Source: Dehalococcoidia bacterium
GTDB lineage: Bacteria; Chloroflexota; Dehalococcoidia; Lucifugimonadales; VXLM01
Length of the DNA: 64,000 nt
Assembly: GCA_034423035.1 (NCBI GenBank)
Contig: DAOUJF010000011.1
Coordinates: 9,238-73,237, forward strand
Direction of reading: 5' to 3'
Shown: positions 25,222 to 33,667 of the stretch, piece by piece
How positions within the stretch are numbered: position 1 is the first letter of the stretch
Layout of the letters: each line of letters opens with the position of its first letter
The notes under the pieces: generated by a model
The model's input: the letters and a program-made list of their open reading frames with translations, nothing else
Told to the model about the DNA's origin: nothing
The model's database searches: none
Position numbers and translations under genes: made by a program

Positions 25222-26472
25222 CTATCCCGTCGTCTCCCGTTTCGTCCGCACCGCCTCGCGCACGGCATCGCCAAATTCTTCCAACTCTTCCTTCGATACC
25301 TCTTCGCCCGCCTCCAGACGGGCTTTGAAGCCCTCGTAGAGCCAGTTCTCGTACTTGCCGCGTGGTATCTGAAAGAACTCGGGGGTGAAGTGGGGCTTTT
25401 CGCCGGGGCCGAACTTGCCCTTGTCCTTCAGCGTGTACCCCTCGAGCTCGTCCGTCCCCTTGCCGAGCACCTCTCCCGTCTCGACGTAGTGGTCCATAAC
25501 CGGCTTCATGCCGTACTTCTGCACCGGGCAGACCTTCATGCATATCGAGCACCCGTCGTACCGACCCATGACAGGGCGGCACCGCGCATAGCTCACCTTG
25601 TTCTTCAGCGCACCGCGCCACCACAGCTTGTTGCGCGACAGGGCGTTGCTGGGGCACCGCGACACGCACACCTGGCACTCGTCGCAGAAGCGGTTGATGC
25701 CGTAGTCGACCGCGGCGTCGTACCGCACGGGCGCGTCGGTGGTGATCATCATCAGCCGGCCCCGTGAGCCGAAGTGTGGCATCAGGAGTTGGCCGTTTGC
25801 TCCCAGTTGTCCCAGCCCCGCGTTGATGAACATGGGGATGTAGGGTGCGCTGGAGTCGCTGTGGCTGTGCACCTGCGCGTGGTAGCCCAGAGAGCGAATG
25901 TAGTCCGCGAGTTCCAGCGAGACCTCACCTTCGGTCGTGTACGTGCCGAAGTGGGTGTGCTCGGCCTCCTCGCTCGGGATCTTCTGTGTGCCGTGGTACT
26001 CCTGTTCGTAGGCGAGGCAGATTGCGTGCTGGAACTTCACCCACTTCTTCTTGCTGGCGTAGGCGTACCGCCGGTCGTACCTGGTAAACCCGACCTCGCT
26101 GAACCCAAGTTCGCGGGCTTTCCGACGGATAGGCTCCGTCGGATCGAGGTCGGGGTCTGGCTCAACGTCCGGCGGGATGTCCCCCGATGTGGCGGCGGCC
26201 TCCACGAGCGGCGTGTCCACCTTCTCGTGCTCGATGCGCCACTGCGCGAACGACTCGGTGTACTGCGACCACAGCCACTCCCGGTCGGCGGAGTTCTCGA
26301 CGAAGTGCGCCTCAAGCGGGTACTCGCGGCTGTAGAACGATACGTCCACCTCCCGCACCGGCGCTCCCGGCTCCGTCACCAGGTCCTCGGCAACCGGAAT
26401 CTCGATGTCGGGATCACCCAGCCTGTTGCCGGGCCGCCTCACGACATGATGGACCTTCTTCTTCGCACACAT
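25222..26472 (-). CDS. Reductive dehalogenase-like / QueG-like cobalamin and 2x[4Fe-4S] protein
   Basis: ARELGFSEVG, LADYIRSLGYHA, AGLGQLG.NG and RL..ITTD.P. Cluster motifs CDECQVCVSRCP and C-x9-CSICMKVCP. No Tat signal. Confidence 0.8.
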   Translation of the reverse strand: MCAKKKVHHVVRRPGNRLGDPDIEIPVAEDLVTEPGAPVREVDVSFYSREYPLEAHFVENSADREWLWSQYTESFAQWRIEHEKVDTPLVEAAATSGDIPPDVEPDPDLDPTEPIRRKARELGFSEVGFTRYDRRYAYASKKKWVKFQHAICLAYEQEYHGTQKIPSEEAEHTHFGTYTTEGEVSLELADYIRSLGYHAQVHSHSDSSAPYIPMFINAGLGQLGANGQLLMPHFGSRGRLMMITTDAPVRYDAAVDYGINRFCDECQVCVSRCPSNALSRNKLWWRGALKNKVSYARCRPVMGRYDGCSICMKVCPVQKYGMKPVMDHYVETGEVLGKGTDELEGYTLKDKGKFGPGEKPHFTPEFFQIPRGKYENWLYEGFKARLEAGEEVSKEELEEFGDAVREAVRTKRETTG

Positions 26473-26593
26473 TGTGATCGCCTGCCCAAAGTCGAGCGTA
26501 GTCTACATGAGCCAGCTTGAGGACACCACAACCATGAACTGCGCTCTCACAAATGTGCTTGAACGGACCGGACATCCAATCTAATATAGGTTC

Positions 26594-26860
26594 ATGCACA
26601 CCACGAACCTAACCGTCCAAGAGGCACAGGCCAACCTTTCCAAGTACATCGCTTGCTTGATGCCCGGTGATCGCACCATCCTCTGTCACCAAGACGTGCC
26701 TGTGGCCGAGATTCTGCCGATAAAAGGCCGCTCGGACGAACCCCGTCCGGTAGGCCTGGGAAAAGGCTTGGCCGAAGTGCCCGACTCCTTCTTCGACCCA
26801 CTTCCTGCCAGCACCCTCAACGACTTTGACGGGGGAGACGGGTATGTTCGCTCGCGTTGA
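26594..26860 (+). CDS. Phd/YefM-type antitoxin (orphan)
   Basis: TVQEAQANLSKYI...ILC...PVAEILP...R.VG...VPDSFFDPLP pattern. No toxin gene follows. Confidence 0.75.
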   Translation: MHTTNLTVQEAQANLSKYIACLMPGDRTILCHQDVPVAEILPIKGRSDEPRPVGLGKGLAEVPDSFFDPLPASTLNDFDGGDGYVRSR

Positions 26861-26862
26861 AA

Positions 26863-27960
26863 TCACCCGCCATCCAGCGCGTCCAGCGCCAGGACGCTAT
26901 TGCTCTTGACGATCAGGTAGACCTGCACACCCTCGCGCAACCCCAGATCGGCCACTGCCCTCGGCGTGAGCTCCACGACGAGCACCACTCCAACGTCCAC
27001 GTGCGCGATGACGCGCGGCCCCTGTGCGTGGATCGCCTCGATCTTCCCGGGCAGGATGTTCTGCGCGCTGATCCTCGTCGGCACGTCCAGCGTGAGGATG
27101 ATGTCTCCTGCGCGGACCGAGACGGTAAGCAGGTCTCCCGGCCCGGCATCGATTTCCGGCGCAGATAGCTCGACGCCGCCAACGTCGATCACCGAAAGGC
27201 CCTGCTCTGAGCGCCGCTCCACGACCGTCGCGTCAAGGAGGTTTTCCAAGGCCCCGTAGTCCGCCATCGTGCCTACGTCGGGACGTACCAAAACCTCCGA
27301 GGGCGGTCCCTGGGCGACGGGCTTGCCGTCAGACAGCACGAGCATCTCCTCGGCGAGCGCCACCACCTCGGACACCGAGTGCGACACGTAGATCATCGGT
27401 GTCCGGAGCTCCTGTCGCACTCTCTTCAGGTAGCGGATGATCGCCCCCTTGAATGAAACGTCCAGCGACGCCAGCGGCTCATCCAGCAAGAGCAGCCGAG
27501 GGGAGGTCGCCAGCGCCCTTGCGAGAGCCACGCGCTGGCGTTCTCCACCGGATAGGGTGTCGACGCTTCGGTCGAGCAACCGCGTCAGATCGAACAGGTC
27601 GAAGAGGTGCTCTGGATCCGTGGTCCGCTGCTCGACCGGGGTGAGGCCATAGCCATAGAGGACGTTCTTCCGTACGTTCATGTTCGGGAAGAGCGCCGAC
27701 GACTGGAATACGTACCCGAACCGACGCTTCTCAGGCGGTACGGCCTTGCGCTCCGAAGCGGAGAATAGCGTCGTGCCCATCACGGCAATCTGTCCGCTGT
27801 CGGGGCGCGTCAGGCCCGCGATGCAGTTCAGCAACGTGGTCTTGCCGCTCCCCGACGGACCGAAGACCGCGGTCGCACCCGCCTCGAACGTCACGTCGCA
27901 GTCCAGTGTGAAGTCTGGGAATCGTTTGGTAACGGCGACATGTGCTACCGGCATGGTCAT
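26863..27960 (-). CDS. modC: Molybdate ABC transporter ATP-binding subunit with TOBE domain
   Basis: GPSGSGKTT, LSGGE, LLLLDEP, C-terminal ISAQN...VELT TOBE. Start moved (GTG 27969 overlapping the modB stop is an alternative). Confidence 0.93.
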   Translation of the reverse strand: MTMPVAHVAVTKRFPDFTLDCDVTFEAGATAVFGPSGSGKTTLLNCIAGLTRPDSGQIAVMGTTLFSASERKAVPPEKRRFGYVFQSSALFPNMNVRKNVLYGYGLTPVEQRTTDPEHLFDLFDLTRLLDRSVDTLSGGERQRVALARALATSPRLLLLDEPLASLDVSFKGAIIRYLKRVRQELRTPMIYVSHSVSEVVALAEEMLVLSDGKPVAQGPPSEVLVRPDVGTMADYGALENLLDATVVERRSEQGLSVIDVGGVELSAPEIDAGPGDLLTVSVRAGDIILTLDVPTRISAQNILPGKIEAIHAQGPRVIAHVDVGVVLVVELTPRAVADLGLREGVQVYLIVKSNSVLALDALDGG

Positions 27961-27965
27961 GACAG

Positions 27966-28637
27966 TCACGACACCTCCGGTCGAGGGGTCCTGGCCAGCA
28001 GCCAGTTGTGTACCAAAAGTGTAGCAACCGCGATGGCGATGGCGACGGCCGTCAGAAGCAGCGCCGTCGAGTCGTCGCGAAGTATGACTGCGGAGTAGAG
28101 TGCGAGCGGCAGGGTCTGCGTCTTGCCGGCGATGTTGCCCGCGACCGTTATCGTCGCCCCGAACTCGCTGATGGCCCGCACGAATCCCAGCAGCACGCCG
28201 GCGAGTATGCCCTTTGAGGCCAGCGGCGCCGTTATCGTAAAAAACACTCGCCATGGGCCCGCACCGAGGCTCCGGGCGGACATTTCAAGCCGCTCGTCCA
28301 CACCCGCCATGGCGACCATGGTCGCCCGCGCCATCAGCGGGAACGAGACCACTGCCGAAGCCGCCACCGCCGCAATCCACGTGAAAACGATATCCGCTCC
28401 TAGAAGCGCTTTCGTCAACCCACCAATGGGGCCCTCACGCCCAAGCAGAAGCAGCAGGAAGAACCCTATCGCGATCGGCGGAACCGCAAGTGGCAGGGAG
28501 ACCAGCACATCAATGACGATGCGGCCTGGCATGCGAGTCTTGACCAGCAGCCAGCTCACGCCCAGCGCAAGAGGAATGTTAATCAAGGTGGCGACTATCG
28601 CCACCCTAAACGTGAGTTCAAGGAGTGACCAAGTCAA
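27966..28637 (-). CDS. modB: Molybdate ABC transporter permease
   Basis: SLPLAVPPIAIGF, EMSARSLGA (EAA loop), RAISEFGATI..AGNI.GKT.TLPLA. Confidence 0.95.
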   Translation of the reverse strand: MTWSLLELTFRVAIVATLINIPLALGVSWLLVKTRMPGRIVIDVLVSLPLAVPPIAIGFFLLLLLGREGPIGGLTKALLGADIVFTWIAAVAASAVVSFPLMARATMVAMAGVDERLEMSARSLGAGPWRVFFTITAPLASKGILAGVLLGFVRAISEFGATITVAGNIAGKTQTLPLALYSAVILRDDSTALLLTAVAIAIAVATLLVHNWLLARTPRPEVS

Positions 28638-28643
28638 AGCGGC

Positions 28644-29417
28644 CTACCTGATTGGCTCGAAGCCATGGGCGCGAAATATCTCGCCCGCCGCAGGGCTGAG
28701 AAGGAATTGAACGAAGTCGTCAGCCACCTCGCTCCGCTCATCCGACGCCACCGTGACGACAGGATAAACGATAGGCCCGTACGAGTCGTGCGGGAAGATG
28801 TCCAAGGTGTCAAGACCCCTGGCTATCACGGCGTCCGTCGCGTAGACGATGCCGACGCTCGCGTTGCCTGCCTCGACGAAGGCCATGGCCGCACGCACAT
28901 CAGGGGCCGTCACGATCTTCGGCTGCAGCGGCTCCCACAGTCCTGCCGACTTCAGTGCCTCGCGTCCATATGCCCCCGCCGGAGCGATATCGGGCGCGGC
29001 GATGGCGATCCGTTCGATGGTTGGCGATGTTAGGGCGTTCGGTGAAAGCTCTTCGAGTGTTCGGTTGGTCACCACGACCAGTTTATTCGTCAGCAAGTCG
29101 GCCTCCGCCCCGACAAGCCCTCGCTCCCGCAGGAACTCGACCGGAGGAGCGCCTGCCGAAACGAACACGCTCGCCGGAGCGCCGCTGGCGATCTGCTGCG
29201 CCAGCGCCTGCGATGCCGCATAGCTTATCTGCACGTCCACCTCGTTCTCCCGCTCGTACTGCTCCGCAGCCTCATCAATCGCGTCCGTGAGACTCGTAGC
29301 GGCAAACACCAGCAGTTCTTGCCGGTCGCCGCCGTCATCCGTGCAACCCACGAGGAACAAGACGGCCACCAGCATTGCCGTCAACAGCACCTCACATATA
29401 CGACAGCTTCCGTTCAT
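28644..29417 (-). CDS. modA: Molybdate ABC transporter substrate-binding lipoprotein
   Basis: Lipobox LVGC, FAATSL, YAAS..LAQQI..GAP, P.GAYG and GIVYATD. Start moved to ATG 29417. Confidence 0.93.
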   Translation of the reverse strand: MNGSCRICEVLLTAMLVAVLFLVGCTDDGGDRQELLVFAATSLTDAIDEAAEQYERENEVDVQISYAASQALAQQIASGAPASVFVSAGAPPVEFLRERGLVGAEADLLTNKLVVVTNRTLEELSPNALTSPTIERIAIAAPDIAPAGAYGREALKSAGLWEPLQPKIVTAPDVRAAMAFVEAGNASVGIVYATDAVIARGLDTLDIFPHDSYGPIVYPVVTVASDERSEVADDFVQFLLSPAAGEIFRAHGFEPIR

Positions 29418-29676
29418 ATCCGCCGTATACCGTACCGCCCAACCCCCCTTTCGGCAAGCGACCACATTGGTTCGGTGACATTCGCTTCCTCTGGAACGTT
29501 CACGCAATGAAAGTCATGTGCCAAAGTCAATCGCTGTTTCACCCGATGCGATATGCTAGTATCAGGGTACCGTCTGGACACGCGGCCCTATCCAAAGGTG
29601 AGTTATTGGGGAATGTCACCTACCGCTAGACTCGGACACGCTTTTTGGTTTCTACCAAGTTGGAGGTTAGTTTCCG

Positions 29677-30381
29677 ATGTCCACAATGATTCAAGACCAT
29701 CAGGCCCTCAACGGCTGGCGCACTGAGTCAATGTACACCTTTAGCGAGGCTGCCCACCTCGCAGGCGTCTCTACCACTACGGTTAAGAACTGGCTATTCG
29801 GGTACACGGCTAATGGTAGGGTGGTCCCTCCTTTGTTTCAGTCTGGCAATGTCGAAATGGTTTCTTTTCTTCAGATGATTGAGATCATGGTCGCTGGACG
29901 ATTCCGTAAGAGCGCACTGGGGGGAAGAAGCGTGCCGTTTATGACGGTGCGCGAAGCCTATGTAAACGCACGGGAGATATGGAGCATAGAGTACCCATTC
30001 GCTCACCTAAAGCTGGAAGCACTAGGTGGTCATATTGTTCACTTCCTGAGAGAAGGTGGTTCGCCAGACAGCTTTCAAGCAGTGGATGCCCCGGGACAAC
30101 ATACATTGCCAGGGATACTCCGTCGCGAGACGATTGACCTGATTGACTATGACCAGGAACTGGCGGCTCGTTGGTTCCCAATTGGGAAGACCGTTCCAAT
30201 CGTCGTTGACCCTAAGCTAAGCACGGGTATGCCGGTCATCAAGGATCGAGGAGTAACAGTGCAGGCAATCCGCAAACGGTTCAAAGCTGGCCTACGCATT
30301 GATTTCATTGCGAAGGACTTTGACATGAATCGTGATCTCGTAGAGATGGCCTTGCAATACGGGGATAGGGTCGCTGCTTGA
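29677..30381 (+). CDS. VapB45-like antitoxin (HTH plus DUF433)
   Basis: N-terminal YTFSEAAHLAGVSTTTVKNW HTH. C-terminal IVVDPKLSTGMPVI...LVEMALQY is DUF433-like. Confidence 0.8.
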   Translation: MSTMIQDHQALNGWRTESMYTFSEAAHLAGVSTTTVKNWLFGYTANGRVVPPLFQSGNVEMVSFLQMIEIMVAGRFRKSALGGRSVPFMTVREAYVNAREIWSIEYPFAHLKLEALGGHIVHFLREGGSPDSFQAVDAPGQHTLPGILRRETIDLIDYDQELAARWFPIGKTVPIVVDPKLSTGMPVIKDRGVTVQAIRKRFKAGLRIDFIAKDFDMNRDLVEMALQYGDRVAA

Positions 30382-30767
30382 TTCTGCTTTGCGACGAGGA
30401 TGTAGGAACTGGAGTTCCGAATGCCCTAGCCGCAGTCGGATACGAAGCTCGTTCCCTGAGGGGTATGTCGTGGGGAGGGCGCGCCGATGAATTTTGGCTT
30501 GAAAAAGCAGGTCAACTGGAGTGGTTGGTTCTTAGCTGCAATAAACGGATGCTGAAAGTGACGGCAGAGAGGAACACGATTATCCGTGAACGTGTCGGGA
30601 TCGTTTTCCTGACAAGCGGTGAAGAGCAACCATCTACAGTACTCTTGAGGTTGTTGCAAAAGTGGGCGGATCTGGAGTTGCTTTGGGACACCACTCCTAG
30701 ACCGTTCGCTCGCTTCCTCTTTGCAAACAACCACCTCTCAGATAGTTATCGGGACTTCCGCCTGTAG
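30378..30767 (+). CDS. VapC45-like PIN toxin
   Basis: LLCDEDV...D..WL..AG...VLSCNKRM PIN-like motifs. TTGA start/stop overlap with the antitoxin. Confidence 0.78.
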   Translation: MILLCDEDVGTGVPNALAAVGYEARSLRGMSWGGRADEFWLEKAGQLEWLVLSCNKRMLKVTAERNTIIRERVGIVFLTSGEEQPSTVLLRLLQKWADLELLWDTTPRPFARFLFANNHLSDSYRDFRL

Positions 30768-30797
30768 TTGGGAAGCGCTTCGGCTAGCAGCCATCCG

Positions 30798-30827
30798 TTG
30801 ACACCGCGTCAAGGCCGTCGATAGACT
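30798..30827 (+). promoter_or_regulatory. Sigma70-type promoter for glyA
   Basis: TTGACA, 18 nt, TAGACT. Confidence 0.55.
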
Positions 30828-30864
30828 AATTACACACACCCACGCGCCTCGCCGAAACACCCCC

Positions 30865-32394
30865 ATGCCCACCTCCTCACCCCTCGCCGACTACATCGCC
30901 GAGACAACCTCGACGGGCAGCGATCTCAACACCTCCTTTGTCGCCTTCCTAGCCGCGCTAGAGCGAATCAGCGACGTATCGCCAGAGGTGGTGACCGCAA
31001 TCGTCCAGGAGTTGGACGACCAGTCCAACAGCCTCAAGATGATCGCCTCGGAGAACTACTCCTCCCTCGCCGTGCAGCTTGCCATGGGCAACCTGCTCAC
31101 TGACAAGTACGCCGAGGGCTATCCCTACCACCGCTTCTACGCCGGTTGCGATAACGTCGACGCGGTCGAGGGACGTGCCGTCGAGCTTGCCAAAGACCTC
31201 TTCGGCGCGGAGCATGCCTACGTCCAGCCCCACTCCGGGGCCGACGCGAACCTTGTTGCCTACTGGGCCATTCTCTCCGCGAGGGTGCAATCACCCTACC
31301 TGGAAAGCCTAGGCCAGACAGACCCCTCCAAGCTATCAGACGCCGAGTGGGCCGAGCTCCGTCACGCCCTTGGCAACCAGCGATTGCTCAGCCTGTACTT
31401 ATACTCCGGCGGACACCTCTCGCACGGGTACCGTCTCAACGCGACCGCCACCATGTTCGACGTGCAGTCCTACGACGTCGATCGAGACACGAACCTCCTC
31501 GACTACGACGCAATCCGCGATCAGGCCAGGGCGTTTCGGCCCCTCATCCTCCTCGCCGGATACAGCGCTTACTCACGGAGGATCGACTTCAGCATCTTCC
31601 GCGAGATCGCCGACGAGGTGGGCGCCGTGCTGATGGTGGACATGGCGCACTTCGCCGGACTCGTCGCCGGCAAGGTGGACGGCTTCACCGGCCCTTACGA
31701 CCCCGTCGCACACGCCCATGTCTTGACCACCACGACTCACAAGACGCTACGCGGGCCGCGCGGCGGCATGGTGCTCGCAACCGATGAGTTTGGCGAGTAC
31801 GTCGATAAGGGCTGCCCCATGGTGCTCGGAGGTCCGATGCCCCACGTCATGGCAGCGAAGGCCGTTGCCTTCACCGAGGCTTCCACCCCGGAGTTCCGGG
31901 CCTACGCAAACTGCATTGTCGAGAACGCCTCGGCCCTGGCATCCGGCTGCATCGATAATGGCATGGACATCCTCACCGGCGGCACCGACAACCACCTCAT
32001 GCTCGCCAACATCGGCCACTACGGCCTGACAGGACGCCAGGCAGAGTCGGCAGTGCGGGAAGCAAATGTCACCCTGAATCGCAACAGCATCCCCTTCGAC
32101 CCCAACGGCGCGTGGTACACATCCGGCCTTCGCTTCGGCACGCCAGCCCTGACCAGCCGAGGCATGGGCACGTCTGAGATGACCGAAATCGCCTCGATCA
32201 TGGCTTCCGTCCTCTCGGCAACGACGCCCCGCACCATAACCAAGGGCCGACTCGCCGGACAATTAAGCAAGGCCCGCGCCACGACCGATTCAGAGACGAT
32301 TGAGACCGCCCGCTACCGAGTCGCCGAGCTTCTCTCGGCATACCCCCTCTACCCTGATCTCGACCTGGACTACCTGAAGAGGTCGTTCACTTAG
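30865..32394 (+). CDS. glyA: Serine hydroxymethyltransferase (long form)
   Basis: MIASENY, KYAEGYP..RFYAGC, VQPHSGA.AN, DMAHFAGLVA, TTTHKTLRGPRGG, GGTDNH and SGLRFGTP. Confidence 0.97.
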   Translation: MPTSSPLADYIAETTSTGSDLNTSFVAFLAALERISDVSPEVVTAIVQELDDQSNSLKMIASENYSSLAVQLAMGNLLTDKYAEGYPYHRFYAGCDNVDAVEGRAVELAKDLFGAEHAYVQPHSGADANLVAYWAILSARVQSPYLESLGQTDPSKLSDAEWAELRHALGNQRLLSLYLYSGGHLSHGYRLNATATMFDVQSYDVDRDTNLLDYDAIRDQARAFRPLILLAGYSAYSRRIDFSIFREIADEVGAVLMVDMAHFAGLVAGKVDGFTGPYDPVAHAHVLTTTTHKTLRGPRGGMVLATDEFGEYVDKGCPMVLGGPMPHVMAAKAVAFTEASTPEFRAYANCIVENASALASGCIDNGMDILTGGTDNHLMLANIGHYGLTGRQAESAVREANVTLNRNSIPFDPNGAWYTSGLRFGTPALTSRGMGTSEMTEIASIMASVLSATTPRTITKGRLAGQLSKARATTDSETIETARYRVAELLSAYPLYPDLDLDYLKRSFT

Positions 32395-32411
32395 AGAAGA
32401 GACGGATAGAC

Positions 32412-32470
32412 GTTCGTTCGCCTTGAGCCTGTCGAAGGGTGGTTCTTGGTTCGACAAGCTCGTCACGAAC
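32412..32470. repeat. REP-like composite (CCTTGAGCCTGTCGAAGGG plus TGGTTCGACAAGCTC)
   Basis: Same two units are paired at 44328-44394, and an inverted unit lies at 54682-54708. Sits between the convergent glyA and rnc. Confidence 0.7.
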
Positions 32471-32519
32471 AGCATTCGCAGGTCAGTTGAACGCGCCTCT
32501 ACTGTGAACACTCACGCCT

Positions 32520-33215
32520 TTAGGCGCTTTCTTCCCTCCTCAAAAGCGCCTCCGCAGCAGCTTCCTGCTCTGCCACCGACTTTCGCTTCCCTTCGCCCTT
32601 GCCGACAACCTCACCACCCACCGTCACCTCGGCAACGAACAGCCTGTCGTGGTCTGCCCCCTCCTCGCGCACGATGCGGTACGACGGGGCAGGAAGGCCC
32701 TCACTCTGCACGGCCTCCTGCAACACCGACTTTGGATTCGAGGCTATCTCCGGTTGCTCCAGCGACGCGAGTTGATCAGCAAGCACTCGCAAGACAGCCG
32801 CACGCGCCGACTCATACCCCTGATCGAGGAATACCGCCCCGATCACCGCCTCAAGGCCAGACGAGAGGTTGGAAGGCCGCCGGCGTCCTCCACCTGCCGC
32901 CTCTCCTTTCCCCATGAGGAGCATTTCCCCCAGCCCAATGCTCCTTGCCGCCTCCGCAAGCGTCGACTCCTGCACGATCGCGGCGCGTGCCTGAGTCAGC
33001 TTGCCCTCGGGCCAACCGGGGTTCGATGTGTACAACTCCTCGGCTACAATCACTCCAAGGACCGCGTCACCGAGGAATTCCAACCGCTCATTCGATTCCA
33101 GGTACTCGCCGGGGTTCTCATTCAAGTACGAGCTATGCACCAGCGCGAGACGCAGGAGTCCCCGGTCCCGAAACCGAACGCCCAGCGCCTTCTCCAGCGC
33201 CCCAAGATGCGCCAT
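32520..33215 (-). CDS. rnc: Ribonuclease III
   Basis: ALVHSS, NERLEFLGDAVL, EAVIGAVFLD, dsRBD PKSVLQE...GEGKRKSVAEQEAA. Start moved to ATG 33215 after GGAGG. Confidence 0.96.
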   Translation of the reverse strand: MAHLGALEKALGVRFRDRGLLRLALVHSSYLNENPGEYLESNERLEFLGDAVLGVIVAEELYTSNPGWPEGKLTQARAAIVQESTLAEAARSIGLGEMLLMGKGEAAGGGRRRPSNLSSGLEAVIGAVFLDQGYESARAAVLRVLADQLASLEQPEIASNPKSVLQEAVQSEGLPAPSYRIVREEGADHDRLFVAEVTVGGEVVGKGEGKRKSVAEQEAAAEALLRREESA

Positions 33216-33225
33216 TCGAGCCTCC

Positions 33226-33242
33226 CTGACAGAGATGTAACA
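33226..33242. promoter_or_regulatory. Putative transcription-factor box, copy 2
   Basis: CTGACAGAGATGTAACA matches GTGACATAAATGTAACA (33378-33394) at 14 of 17 positions. Confidence 0.4.
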
Positions 33243-33376
33243 GAACCACCATGGTGAGGCAACACTCCCTGTCAACGACCGTGCCGTTCAAGGTAGGTGC
33301 CCTTCCCCAAGAGTAGACCGTTGGTAGAGACAGGTCCGAAGTAACCTCACGCGAGGCCGCAGAAATCCCAGCCCCG

Positions 33377-33394
33377 TGTGACATAAATGTAACA
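33377..33394. promoter_or_regulatory. Putative nitrogen-regulator operator (GlnR-box-like)
   Basis: TGTGACATAAATGTAACA: 14 of 18 positions palindromic, and contains GTGAC-N6-GTAAC. Upstream of glnII. Confidence 0.5.
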
Positions 33395-33667
33395 TCTACG
33401 AAATATACTTCACTAACTGTCTTTCCATTCCGGCACTGATCAATCAGAACATCGGGGTAACGACGCGCTTTAGGATGCGGTATTTTGGGGAAGGGATTTT
33501 CAAGGCACCCCAAAGGCATCGGGTTTGCAGCACTGGGAAGGCAGATGAACGGCCAGGCGGCGGGTCGTTCATTCTTTGTGATAGATACCCTGCGAAACGC
33601 GACATTTCCTTGACGGAACCCGCCGACTATCGGAGAATCTTGCACACCAAAAGCAATGGAGAGCGAA

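Noticed and set aside
25222-26472. Respiratory RdhA of organohalide respiration
   Set aside because: No Tat leader, no rdhB, and the protein is shorter than typical respiratory RdhA.
29420-29676. Moco riboswitch or ModE box upstream of modA
   Set aside because: I could not recognise a matching structure or consensus by eye. An Infernal search would be needed.
33540-33575. glnA (glutamine) riboswitch upstream of glnII
   Set aside because: Only a simple hairpin (GATGAACGGCC/GGTCGTTCAT). The conserved riboswitch junction motifs are absent.
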